DNA of 64,000 nucleotides from Escherichia coli (GTDB lineage Bacteria; Pseudomonadota; Gammaproteobacteria; Enterobacterales; Enterobacteriaceae): NCBI RefSeq assembly GCF_013122565.1, contig NZ_CP053258.1; one strand, 5' to 3'. Shown piece by piece: positions 1 to 11,495 of this stretch (position 1 is its first letter; each line of letters starts with the position of its first letter). The notes under the pieces were generated by a model. It saw only the letters and a program-made list of their open reading frames with translations, ran no database searches and was not told where the DNA came from. The position numbers and the translations under genes were made by a program.

Positions 1-2
1 TC

Positions 3-143
3 ACTAAAACTGATTATGTGGCATTATTTGGAGGCGCTGCAAGTATTAACGATGACATGATCCAATGGATAAACCAGAAAGCGCCGGGAATTCCAGATAA
101 GTTGGCACAATGTTTTGCGTGGGGAGCTGTATATCGTGATTGA
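3..143 (+). CDS. 3' end of an ORF that begins upstream of the window (tail ...QCFAWGAVYRD); product unknown; not the GlgP C-terminus
   Basis: Open frame from position 3 to TGA at 141-143, followed by two more in-frame stops; next gene starts 18 bp later. Confidence 0.4.
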   Translation, partial: TKTDYVALFGGAASINDDMIQWINQKAPGIPDKLAQCFAWGAVYRD

Positions 144-161
144 TAATAAAAGGACAACCAA

Positions 162-869
162 ATGGAATTAGTTGATACGTTATTTGCAAGCCTCGCCGGT
201 ACTGATCCTTTCACAGGCGTGGATATTACGATTGCCAAATGCGAATCGGCATATTGGGCCGAGGGCATTGTTCAGCTGCTCATTAACCAGGCCCTGGATG
301 AAGGGGAAAAGTTCGTCGGTGCTGCCGGTCTTGAGGGATTGCTTCGATATGATGTCACATTAAATATTGGCTTAACGTCCAGCAATGTATGGCCGGGGTT
401 TTCCCTCGATACCGCCACCATTGGCCGTCTTTGTGCCTGTGGTGCTGACTTTGGATTTGACCCTTATATCAGTGATGTACCAGATGTTCAATGTGACCTG
501 AACACGACAAATGACTTCACCGTTCAATTTACGGCGATGCTCAACCCGGAGCGGGCGATCATAGCAAAGCGCCCGCTTAAAAAATGTGACTCCTGGATTG
601 AGGATGTCTATATCTTTCAGGTCTTTAAAGAAGCCTGGAAGTTTCATAACGATAACAGCTTACGAGGATTTCGCGATAAGCAGGCTGAACTGAAACTCTA
701 CGCGCGTCATTACTCAGTGGAAAATTGTATAGAGGAAAGCTGCCGTGACTGTAATAGTTGTATTCGGCCCAGCTTTTCCCTTTCTCGTAGTGCCATTATT
801 CGCCTGAACGCGGCGAATGCTCGTTTTGTTTATCAACCGTTTACACGCGACCAGCGGGCGAGGGGGTAA
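162..869 (+). CDS. hypothetical Cys-rich protein, 235 aa, no TM segments; first complete gene of accessory operon
   Basis: ORF track; AAGGA RBS upstream of ATG; stop 2 bp before next start. Confidence 0.5.
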   Translation: MELVDTLFASLAGTDPFTGVDITIAKCESAYWAEGIVQLLINQALDEGEKFVGAAGLEGLLRYDVTLNIGLTSSNVWPGFSLDTATIGRLCACGADFGFDPYISDVPDVQCDLNTTNDFTVQFTAMLNPERAIIAKRPLKKCDSWIEDVYIFQVFKEAWKFHNDNSLRGFRDKQAELKLYARHYSVENCIEESCRDCNSCIRPSFSLSRSAIIRLNAANARFVYQPFTRDQRARG

Positions 870-871
870 TT

Positions 872-1660
872 ATGCAACCCAGTCCCGCCATGCAGAATAT
901 TATTGCCCATGCCTGGGCGATATTTCATTTTTATCCTGCACCGCAACAGTTCAATATTTGCGTTCCTTGCTGTGTCAGCGAAGAGGTCGCGCAGGCGTTA
1001 CGGCAAACACCGTTACGTCAATTAACCGTTGAAATGATATATGAATGGAACAGTAGCGCGAGGCCTTTTGAACAACAGAATGATGAAATCCGTTACCTCC
1101 TTCCGAGACTGCTGGAATTACTGGCTCACGGTCATTGTCCTGCCATAAATGAAGAGTTATGCCTGAAACGTATTGGCGCTATTTCCCTGGACACCTGGCA
1201 GCCGGAGGAGCGTGATGTACTTACCGATTTTTCCCGCCAGTATATTCGCGATTTATTACTTACCCCGACATTGACCGATCTTGAATCTGCCCTCGTGATG
1301 TTTCATTTTGCCGGACTATCTATAACGGCTTTATTAGATGAGGCGCTGAACACGCCTGGCTATTGGGCTATCGCTTCGCTGGCCTATTTTTTGTATATCA
1401 AGCGTCCAAACGGCGAATTACGTAACGCGTTTATCTCACGCAAGCCGGATGGTGAAGTGATAACGCAGCAAATTAACGCCTGGATTGCGCAATCATGTCA
1501 CGCGCTGGCAGAACGCGCCGCGGCGGCGATTGAATGCTCGCCATCCCTTCCCGGCGGTGGACACACGGAGTACAGTGTTGACCTGAGCTACCTGATTGAC
1601 GAAAGCCTTTGTGCGCTTGTTGATTATCAATTGCTCTGGACGATGGACCGTAATGAATAA
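872..1660 (+). CDS. hypothetical protein, 262 aa; paralog A of tandem pair (N-term MQPSPAMQ, CxPCC..SEE, NDEIRYLLPRL)
   Basis: ORF track; GAGGGGG RBS; shares multiple motifs with the next ORF. Confidence 0.55.
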   Translation: MQPSPAMQNIIAHAWAIFHFYPAPQQFNICVPCCVSEEVAQALRQTPLRQLTVEMIYEWNSSARPFEQQNDEIRYLLPRLLELLAHGHCPAINEELCLKRIGAISLDTWQPEERDVLTDFSRQYIRDLLLTPTLTDLESALVMFHFAGLSITALLDEALNTPGYWAIASLAYFLYIKRPNGELRNAFISRKPDGEVITQQINAWIAQSCHALAERAAAAIECSPSLPGGGHTEYSVDLSYLIDESLCALVDYQLLWTMDRNE

Positions 1661-1671
1661 GGAGATTCACA

Positions 1672-2448
1672 ATGCAACCCAGCCCCGCCATGCAGGCATT
1701 AATTGAGCAGATTTATCATATTTTTCGTCGTTATCCGGTGCCGTCGAGATTTCATGTTTGTTGTCCTTACTGCTTTAGCGAAGAACAACAACAAGCCTTA
1801 AAAGGGGTTTCACTGCGTGCCATACCTTTCCCTTTATTACATGCCTGGGGAACAAGTATTGGCCCTAACCCACAAAATGATAATGAGATTCGCTATTTAT
1901 TACCCAGATTGTTTGACTTTATTGCCCAAAGGCAATTTCCAGGCATTTATGAAGGCTGCTGTTTACAGAGAATAGCAGAAGCAGATAACCAGAACTGGCG
2001 AGCGGATGAACTACAAATAATTAGCGATTTCGCCTATTTATATATGCAGGATTGGGTGTCGGTTAAGGAAGTTGTGGAGCTGGAAATAATATTAGAAATG
2101 TTTTATCGCGGTGGTATAAAGATTGAACCCTTACTTGACGCTATTATGTCCATTTCCGGTTACTGGCCGACGGCGTCAATGGCATGTTTGCTCTGGCGTA
2201 ACAGTAAAGAATACGTCGAAAATAGCGAGTTTGAGCAGAGTGATGATGATAAAACCATTACCACCCAAATCAATACCTGGGCTAGAAATAATCATCCTTT
2301 GCTGAAAGAACGCGCGCGGCAAGCGATTGAGAACCCGCTAAAACAGCCCGAACAGGGCACACGATATCAGGTCTGGGAAGACGACTGGATGATTGATGAG
2401 TGTTTGTGCGCAATGTATGACGCATCATCCGAATCATCAGGACAATAA
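1672..2448 (+). CDS. hypothetical protein, 258 aa; paralog B of tandem pair
   Basis: ORF track; AAGGAG RBS; same N-terminal octapeptide and conserved motifs as ORF 872-1660; AT-rich by eye. Confidence 0.55.
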   Translation: MQPSPAMQALIEQIYHIFRRYPVPSRFHVCCPYCFSEEQQQALKGVSLRAIPFPLLHAWGTSIGPNPQNDNEIRYLLPRLFDFIAQRQFPGIYEGCCLQRIAEADNQNWRADELQIISDFAYLYMQDWVSVKEVVELEIILEMFYRGGIKIEPLLDAIMSISGYWPTASMACLLWRNSKEYVENSEFEQSDDDKTITTQINTWARNNHPLLKERARQAIENPLKQPEQGTRYQVWEDDWMIDECLCAMYDASSESSGQ

Positions 2449-2450
2449 AG

Positions 2451-2633
2451 ATGAATAAAATCAAACTTTATATTCCTCCGCTATTTCTCGGCTTTGTTAT
2501 TGTGCCGCTGTTGGTGTGGCCGACGGTGGTTGCGCTGGCGGCTTTTGGTATCACGCTGAGTTTTCTGGGGGAGTTACTGTTCTTAATCCCGATCATAGTC
2601 CGACGTATGTCACTTCTGGAAGCACAACTTTGA
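2451..2633 (+). CDS. small hydrophobic protein (60 aa, ~2 TM), or N-terminal fragment of a split membrane-protein gene
   Basis: ORF track; same reading frame as ORF 2667-3050, separated only by one TGA at 2631-2633. Confidence 0.35.
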   Translation: MNKIKLYIPPLFLGFVIVPLLVWPTVVALAAFGITLSFLGELLFLIPIIVRRMSLLEAQL

Positions 2634-2666
2634 TTATCGGCTGAATATACGCTTGTTTTCTGTGCA

Positions 2667-3050
2667 ATGGTGGGCGTTGGTTGGCAATTCTCTCGCAGAA
2701 CGTCACCTGAATTAAAAAACAGACTGCATTTTTGGCTGGTCTTTACACCGGTTTATTTCTGGTTGCTTCTGTGGAATATCATTTTCTATATCGGGCCAGC
2801 GAAAAATGCATTGCTGGAAAATATCCGCAATTTCTTTTTAACAATTGTCTGGTTACCGCTGAATTTTTCGCCACTTTGGTCCCAACCGTGGACTGACTTT
2901 GTCGGTCCAATAAGCGCACAGCTTGGTTTTGCGTTGGGATATTATTGCCAGTGGCGTAGCAAAAATAGAAGCCAGGGGCAGAAGTGGGGTGAGTGGGGAA
3001 CGTGTCTTAGTTTTGTTACGTTGGGTATGATGGCATGGGTTTTGCGGTAA
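2667..3050 (+). CDS. polytopic membrane protein (127 aa), or C-terminal part of a split gene 2451-3050
   Basis: ORF track; hydrophobic Trp/Phe/Leu-rich segments; in frame with upstream ORF. Confidence 0.4.
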   Translation: MVGVGWQFSRRTSPELKNRLHFWLVFTPVYFWLLLWNIIFYIGPAKNALLENIRNFFLTIVWLPLNFSPLWSQPWTDFVGPISAQLGFALGYYCQWRSKNRSQGQKWGEWGTCLSFVTLGMMAWVLR

Positions 3051-3102
3051 TTTCCTGAATCAAAAAGCAGGCCAGATTGTTGACGAAGTGCGCTTTGTTC
3101 AT

Positions 3103-3199
3103 GCCGGATGCGGCGTGAACGCCTTATTCGGCCTACAAAATCATGCAAATTCAATATATTGCATAAACCACGTAGGCTTGATAAGCGTAGCGCATCAGG
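3103..3199. repeat. REP/BIME-like pair of inverted palindromic units (gccggatgcggcgtgaacgccttattcggcctac ... gtaggcttgataagcgtagcgcatcagg)
   Basis: Match to enterobacterial REP consensus, read by eye. Confidence 0.7.
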
Positions 3200-3263
3200 A
3201 AATTTTGTGTTTGTCATCAGTCTCAGGCCAGATTGAAATCTGACCTGATCACCTTACGTTAAT

Positions 3264-4769
3264 TTACGACGCCAGCGACAACTTCTGCTGCGTATACTCC
3301 ACCAGCCACTGACTCACACGAGATTGTTGATCCGCATTCAGCCACATGCCTTGTTTTGTGCGACGCCACAGGGCATCGTCGGCGCGGCGGACCCATTCGT
3401 GATCCACCAGGTATTTCAGCTCCGCTTCGTAGAACTCATGACCGAAATCCTCCCCGAGGTCGCTTATCGCCCCTGCATTGCCGAGCAGCAGTTCGCTGTT
3501 GCTGCCGTAAGTGCGCGCGTAGTGACGTGCCAGCGATTCAGTCAGGAATGGATAGCGACGGCGCAGACGAGCGGCATAATCGTCGCGGTCACCTTCAATG
3601 GCACCACCCGGCAGCACGCTCTCTTTCGTCCACGCCGGGCCAATACCCTGATAATACGGCGTCAGTTTTTCCAGCGCATGTTCCGCCAGTTTGCGGTAGG
3701 TGGTCAGCTTACCGCCGAATACCGACAGCAGCGGTGCTTTGCCGTTTTCATCATGGATATCAAGGGTGTAATCACGGGTAATAGCCTGCGGCGAGTCGGA
3801 CTCATCATCACACAGCGGACGCACACCGGAGTAGGTCCAGACGATATCATCACGGCTTAGCTGCTTTTTAAAGTGCGTGTTATACACTTTCAGCAGGTAA
3901 TTGATTTCACTCTCTTCAATCTTCACTGCTTTCGGATCACCTTTGTATTCCACATCGGTGGTGCCGATGATTGAAAACTCGTCCATCCACGGGATCACGA
4001 ACACAATACGTTTATCTTCGTTTTGCAGAATGTAGGCTTGCTTCTGGGTATGCACGCGTGGTACCACAATATGGCTGCCTTTGATCAGGCGAATGCCATA
4101 AGGTGAGGGCAGATGCATCCCGTCGTCGAAGAACTGTTTCACCCACGGGCCGGTGGCGTTAACCAGGCCGCGCGCTTGCCAGCTATATTTTTTGCCGGTA
4201 TCGATATCTTCCGCTTCCACAATCCACAGGCCGTTTTCGCGGCGAGCAGAGGTGGCGCGAGTCCGAGTAAGCACTTCGCCGCCTTTACGCACCACCATCT
4301 GGGCGTTGGCGAGTACCAGACGGGCGTCGTCTACCCAACAGTCAGAATATTCGAATCCGCGCTTAATTTCCGGTTTTAACACTGAGTTTGCGCCAAAACG
4401 CAAACCGGTTGATCCCGGCAGGCTGGTGCGTTTACCCAGATGATCGTACATAAACAGACCAATGCGAATCATCCACGCCGGGCGCAGATGCGGACGATGC
4501 GGCAGGCGAAAACGCATCGGGAAGGCGATATGAGGGGCCATTTTCAGTAGCACTTCACGTTCAGCCAGCGCCTCGCTGACCAGGCGGAATTCATAGTGCT
4601 CAAGGTAGCGCAGGCCACCGTGAATGAGTTTTGAACTGGCGGAAGAGGTCGCACAAGCGAGATCCTGCGCCTCCAGCATCAGCACGGATAAACCGCGTCC
4701 AGCGGCGTCTGCCGCGATACCAGCACCATTGATGCCGCCCCCTATCACAATCAGATCTTTGGTTTCCAT
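3264..4769 (-). CDS. glpD: aerobic sn-glycerol-3-phosphate dehydrogenase
   Basis: Translation begins METKDLIVIGGGINGAG (FAD fold); 501 aa; longest ORF extends 5 codons upstream. Confidence 0.95.
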   Translation of the reverse strand: METKDLIVIGGGINGAGIAADAAGRGLSVLMLEAQDLACATSSASSKLIHGGLRYLEHYEFRLVSEALAEREVLLKMAPHIAFPMRFRLPHRPHLRPAWMIRIGLFMYDHLGKRTSLPGSTGLRFGANSVLKPEIKRGFEYSDCWVDDARLVLANAQMVVRKGGEVLTRTRATSARRENGLWIVEAEDIDTGKKYSWQARGLVNATGPWVKQFFDDGMHLPSPYGIRLIKGSHIVVPRVHTQKQAYILQNEDKRIVFVIPWMDEFSIIGTTDVEYKGDPKAVKIEESEINYLLKVYNTHFKKQLSRDDIVWTYSGVRPLCDDESDSPQAITRDYTLDIHDENGKAPLLSVFGGKLTTYRKLAEHALEKLTPYYQGIGPAWTKESVLPGGAIEGDRDDYAARLRRRYPFLTESLARHYARTYGSNSELLLGNAGAISDLGEDFGHEFYEAELKYLVDHEWVRRADDALWRRTKQGMWLNADQQSRVSQWLVEYTQQKLSLAS

Positions 4770-4880
4770 GCTGCCCTCATTCACTTTCGTTAAAGCTCAT
4801 AAATGTTCGTTATCGAACATATTAGCAAAGAATCGCGCTTTAGGTAACATTGAAAAAACATTTTAGAGTGATATGTATAA

Positions 4881-5285
<405 letters not shown>

Positions 5286-5317
5286 CGCTTTATACTGTCC
5301 CCTTTTGTGTGGAATAA

Positions 5318-6160
<843 letters not shown>

Positions 6161-6176
6161 TTCCAGGGATTTAGAA

Positions 6177-6935
6177 ATGAAACAAACACAACGTCACAAC
6201 GGTATTATCGAACTGGTTAAACAGCAGGGTTATGTCAGTACCGAGGAACTGGTGGAGCACTTCTCCGTCAGCCCGCAGACTATTCGCCGCGACCTCAATG
6301 AGCTGGCAGAGCAAAACCTGATCCTGCGCCATCATGGCGGTGCGGCGCTGCCTTCCAGTTCGGTTAACACGCCGTGGCACGATCGTAAAGCCACCCAGAC
6401 CGAAGAAAAAGAGCGCATCGCCCGCAAAGTGGCGGAGCAAATCCCCAATGGCTCGACGCTGTTTATCGATATCGGCACCACGCCGGAAGCGGTGGCGCAC
6501 GCGCTGCTCAATCACAGCAATTTGCGCATTGTGACTAACAATCTCAACGTTGCTAACACGCTGATGGTAAAAGAAGATTTTCGCATCATTCTCGCCGGTG
6601 GCGAATTACGTAGCCGCGATGGTGGGATCATAGGCGAAGCGACGCTCGATTTTATCTCTCAGTTCCGCCTCGACTTTGGCATTCTGGGGATCAGCGGCAT
6701 CGATAGCGACGGCTCGCTGCTGGAATTCGATTACCACGAAGTTCGCACCAAACGCGCCATTATTGAGAACTCGCGCCACGTTATGCTGGTGGTCGATCAC
6801 TCGAAATTTGGCCGTAACGCGATGGTCAATATGGGTAGCATCAGCATGGTCGATGCCGTCTACACCGACGCCCCGCCGCCTGCGGGCGTGATGCAGGTGC
6901 TGACGGACCACCATATTCAACTGGAGCTGTGCTGA
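6177..6935 (+). CDS. glpR: DeoR-family repressor of the glp regulon
   Basis: MKQTQRHNGIIELVKQQGYVSTEEL HTH; 252 aa. Confidence 0.93.
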   Translation: MKQTQRHNGIIELVKQQGYVSTEELVEHFSVSPQTIRRDLNELAEQNLILRHHGGAALPSSSVNTPWHDRKATQTEEKERIARKVAEQIPNGSTLFIDIGTTPEAVAHALLNHSNLRIVTNNLNVANTLMVKEDFRIILAGGELRSRDGGIIGEATLDFISQFRLDFGILGISGIDSDGSLLEFDYHEVRTKRAIIENSRHVMLVVDHSKFGRNAMVNMGSISMVDAVYTDAPPPAGVMQVLTDHHIQLELC

Positions 6936-8515
6936 TCCTGCACGGCTTCCCACGTCAGACCAAAACGCGCCAGGTATTTGCGTAGCCGATCTGCGTCGTT
7001 GACGCTGGCTTTGCCCTGGCGCGAAACATCAAAAAGCTGGCGACCGGCAGCAGAAAGCGACTTTGCCTGGCGGCAGATAGCGATAACGTGTTCCAGTTGC
7101 AGTCGGTCAAAGAGATCGATGTTTTCTGCCTCCGCGCCCAGCAACGCCGTAAGCGCGGAAGGACGGGTCTCCTGCCAGTTATAGCGCAGACGGTTTATCT
7201 CATCTTCAACCACTTCCAGAGTGATGCGTCCGCTAGTGGCAAAGGTAGCCATCCGCGTGACGCTGGCAGAAAGCTCGCGAAAGTTACCGCGCCATGTTGC
7301 CTGGGGAGATGTCGCAAAGGCCAGCCAGGCACGCCGTGCTTCGGTGTTAAAACGTACGCTGTCGCCGGTAAGCGCGGCGTGTCGCTCCACTTCATAATCC
7401 AGGTTCGGTTCGATATCTTCCTGGCGCTGGCGTAGCCCCGGCAGGGTGAAGGTCCAGAGATTGATCCGCGCGTACAAGTCTTCGCGAAATTTGCCTTCGG
7501 CAACCAGCTGGCGCAAATCGCGCACCGTTCCGGCGATAAGCTGAAAATCACTGCTCACCTGGCGATCGCTGCCAAACGGATAAAAGGTTTTTTCTTCAAT
7601 GGCTTTAAGCAGCATTGCCTGTTCGTCTGCGCCCAGTTCGCCAATCTCATCAAGAAACAACATTCCGCCGTTGGCGCTGCGTAATAATCCTTCACGAGAT
7701 TCCCGCGCCCCGGTAAACGCGCCTTTCACATGACCAAACAGCGTCGACATGGCGGTATCGCCGCGCAGGGTTGCGCAGTTCACTTCCACAAACGCGCCGC
7801 TAAACTGATGCCGCGCCTGTTTTAATTCAAATATACGTCGCGCCAGAAATGACTTACCTGCACCGGTCGGGCCATTAAGCAGAATTGGCGCGCGGGATTT
7901 GATCGCTACTTTTTCAATCTGCTCAATCATGCGGTTGAAGTGGGGGTTACGCGTGGCAATGCCGGACTTAAGAAAATCGAGCGTTTGCTGCCGTTCCTCG
8001 GCAAAGCGGCTGGCGATGGCGTTATAACGGCTTAAATCGAGATCGATAATCGTCACTTCACCTGCGCCGCACGGCTGTTCTTTTTTGCGCGGAGGGGAAG
8101 ATTGTATCAGCCGGGCGGGCAGGTAACGCGCTTCCGCCAGCAGAAACCAGCAAATCTGTGCGACGTGGGTGCCAGTGGTGATGTGAATTAAATAGTCTTC
8201 TTTATCAGGTTGAAACGCGTAGCCACGGGCGAAATCATGCAGGCAGGCGTAAACCTCTTCGAAATCCCACGGGTTATGCAGTTCAATCTCAACGCTCACC
8301 ACTTCAGTTTCTGGCGAAACGCTGGCGATATCGCATTTAAGCGTTTCAAACAGCGAGCGCGAGCGGGCGTCGTGCAACAATTCCAGTCGATCGATGACTA
8401 ACGATTCTTGCTGGCATAAACAGAGTGTTGGACGCCATTTCGACCAGCGCTGACTGCCGCGTCCGGCATAATCCAGTACGGTGCCGACAAAGCCAAAAGC
8501 CACTGTTTTACGCAT
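6917..8515 (-). CDS. rtcR: sigma-54-dependent transcriptional activator of rtcBA
   Basis: 532 aa; AAA+ sigma-54 interaction domain ([14 protein letters not shown] motif). Confidence 0.95.
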   Translation of the reverse strand: MRKTVAFGFVGTVLDYAGRGSQRWSKWRPTLCLCQQESLVIDRLELLHDARSRSLFETLKCDIASVSPETEVVSVEIELHNPWDFEEVYACLHDFARGYAFQPDKEDYLIHITTGTHVAQICWFLLAEARYLPARLIQSSPPRKKEQPCGAGEVTIIDLDLSRYNAIASRFAEERQQTLDFLKSGIATRNPHFNRMIEQIEKVAIKSRAPILLNGPTGAGKSFLARRIFELKQARHQFSGAFVEVNCATLRGDTAMSTLFGHVKGAFTGARESREGLLRSANGGMLFLDEIGELGADEQAMLLKAIEEKTFYPFGSDRQVSSDFQLIAGTVRDLRQLVAEGKFREDLYARINLWTFTLPGLRQRQEDIEPNLDYEVERHAALTGDSVRFNTEARRAWLAFATSPQATWRGNFRELSASVTRMATFATSGRITLEVVEDEINRLRYNWQETRPSALTALLGAEAENIDLFDRLQLEHVIAICRQAKSLSAAGRQLFDVSRQGKASVNDADRLRKYLARFGLTWEAVQDQHSSS

Positions 8516-8649
8516 CTTAGATATCCTTATAAAAGACGATATTTCATTATCGGTAAATTGGCTTTGCGGGAAATCTCCGTTTACGGACTGGAAGATTTTA
8601 TCTATTTAAAAACAATGAATTAAAAAATTAAGCAGCTTATTTAATTTTC

Positions 8650-8665
8650 TGGCACGACGGTTGCA
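8650..8665 (+). promoter_or_regulatory. sigma-54 (-24/-12) promoter of rtcBA: TGGCAC-GACGG-TTGCA
   Basis: Exact match to the TGGCAC-N5-TTGCA consensus, about 37 bp upstream of the rtcB ATG. Confidence 0.8.
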
Positions 8666-8701
8666 ATTACCAGGACATACCAACGAAAAGAGAAAAACAA
8701 A

Positions 8702-9928
8702 ATGAATTACGAATTACTGACCACTGAAAATGCCCCGGTAAAAATGTGGACCAAAGGCGTGCCGGTAGAAGCCGATGCGCGTCAGCAACTTATTAATACG
8801 GCGAAGATGCCGTTTATTTTCAAACATATTGCGGTAATGCCTGATGTACACCTGGGTAAAGGTTCCACCATTGGTAGCGTGATCCCGACCAAAGGGGCGA
8901 TTATTCCGGCGGCGGTGGGCGTGGATATTGGCTGTGGAATGAACGCGCTACGTACCGCGTTAACGGCGGCAGACCTGCCTGAAAACCTGGCGGAGCTGCG
9001 TCAGGCGATTGAAACGGTCGTGCCGCACGGGCGTACTACCGGACGTTGTAAACGTGATAAAGGCGCATGGGAAAACCCGCCTGTTAACGTCGATGCGAAA
9101 TGGGCTGAGCTGGAGGCCGGTTATCAGTGGTTAACGCAAAAATATCCGCGTTTCCTTAACACTAACAACTATAAACACCTGGGAACGCTGGGAACGGGTA
9201 ACCACTTTATTGAAATCTGCCTTGATGAGTCGGAGCAGGTGTGGATTATGCTGCACTCCGGTTCACGCGGAATTGGTAACGCCATCGGGACTTACTTTAT
9301 CGATCTGGCGCAAAAAGAGATGCAGGACCAACTTGAGACGTTGCCGTCGCGTGATCTGGCGTACTTTATGGAAGGTACGGAATACTTTGATGATTACCTG
9401 AAAGCCGTGGCCTGGGCGCAGCTTTTTGCCAGCCTTAACCGCGATGCGATGATGGAAAACGTGGTAACGGCGTTGCAGAGCATTACGCAGAAAACGGTCA
9501 GACAGCCACAAACGCTGGCGATGGAAGAGATCAACTGTCACCACAACTATGTGCAAAAAGAACAGCACTTTGGTGAAGAGATCTACGTGACGCGTAAAGG
9601 CGCGGTGTCTGCGCGTGCTGGTCAATATGGAATTATTCCCGGTTCGATGGGAGCGAAAAGCTTTATCGTCCGTGGGCTGGGAAATGAAGAGTCGTTCTGT
9701 TCGTGCAGCCACGGTGCCGGGCGGGTTATGAGCCGTACTAAAGCGAAAAAACTGTTCAGCGTGGAAGATCAAATTCGTGCTACCGCGCATGTGGAATGCC
9801 GTAAAGATGCCGAAGTGATCGACGAAATCCCGATGGCGTATAAAGATATTGATGCGGTGATGGCGGCACAAAGCGATCTGGTGGAAGTTATCTACACCCT
9901 GCGTCAGGTGGTGTGCGTAAAAGGATAA
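8702..9928 (+). CDS. rtcB: RNA-splicing ligase RtcB
   Basis: 408 aa; matches RtcB. Confidence 0.96.
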   Translation: MNYELLTTENAPVKMWTKGVPVEADARQQLINTAKMPFIFKHIAVMPDVHLGKGSTIGSVIPTKGAIIPAAVGVDIGCGMNALRTALTAADLPENLAELRQAIETVVPHGRTTGRCKRDKGAWENPPVNVDAKWAELEAGYQWLTQKYPRFLNTNNYKHLGTLGTGNHFIEICLDESEQVWIMLHSGSRGIGNAIGTYFIDLAQKEMQDQLETLPSRDLAYFMEGTEYFDDYLKAVAWAQLFASLNRDAMMENVVTALQSITQKTVRQPQTLAMEEINCHHNYVQKEQHFGEEIYVTRKGAVSARAGQYGIIPGSMGAKSFIVRGLGNEESFCSCSHGAGRVMSRTKAKKLFSVEDQIRATAHVECRKDAEVIDEIPMAYKDIDAVMAAQSDLVEVIYTLRQVVCVKG

Positions 9929-10960
<1,032 letters not shown>

Positions 10961-11009
10961 AACCCCTGCCGGATCAGACTCATCAGTGTGACTATCCGGT
11001 AGAGGTAAA

Positions 11010-11495
11010 TTACTCCAGAGTAATGGGATACAGTAAGGTAAGTGACTGGAATGGTGAAGGTACAAAGGCATACTTCAGATAGAAATTGCGTACTGAATCG
11101 TCTAAAGCATGAACAATGAGCGCACGAACCCCTACCTGTTGAGCTATGGACATTGTGCGATAGACTGCATCTTTCAACAATGCGACGCCCAGCCCTTTAC
11201 CTGCCCAGGCTTGATCAATTGCCAGTCTGCCTAATACGACAACAGGCAACGATTCGGGAGCATTACGTCGCATGGCTCCAGGGGTCAAATTACGTTGAAT
11301 ACTGCCTGTAGAAAGGCAGTAATAGCCGATTACCTGACGGGTATTGGCAATACAGATAACGTAAACACGAGACAGACCGGAGCTGTGATTTTTTAACTCT
11401 TTCTTTTTTAGCCATTCATTCATCCCGTGATCGGAACAGCAAAAGTCAGCCAGATTATGTTCAGACGTTAGGGGAGTAGGAGGCGTTATTCCCAT
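11010..11495 (-). CDS. GNAT-family acetyltransferase toxin (TacT/AtaT/ItaT/KacT-type) of a type II TA pair
   Basis: 161 aa; GNAT motif A (GRLAID...AWAGKGLGVALL); 10-bp overlap with the upstream small gene. Confidence 0.8.
   Translation of the reverse strand: MGITPPTPLTSEHNLADFCCSDHGMNEWLKKKELKNHSSGLSRVYVICIANTRQVIGYYCLSTGSIQRNLTPGAMRRNAPESLPVVVLGRLAIDQAWAGKGLGVALLKDAVYRTMSIAQQVGVRALIVHALDDSVRNFYLKYAFVPSPFQSLTLLYPITLE

Noticed and set aside
1-143. Possibility that the truncated ORF at the window start is glgP
   Set aside because: The tail (…QCFAWGAVYRD) does not resemble the glycogen phosphorylase C-terminus as I recall it; malP in this window shows what a phosphorylase end looks like (…[12 protein letters not shown]).
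4770-4784. Extended glpD start (MNEGS-METKD...)
   Set aside because: Canonical GlpD begins at METKD; the upstream ATG lacks support.
6917-6935. glpR/rtcR 19-bp overlap as a possible misannotation
   Set aside because: The two genes are convergent, so a 3'-end overlap is plausible and both ORFs match the full-length proteins.
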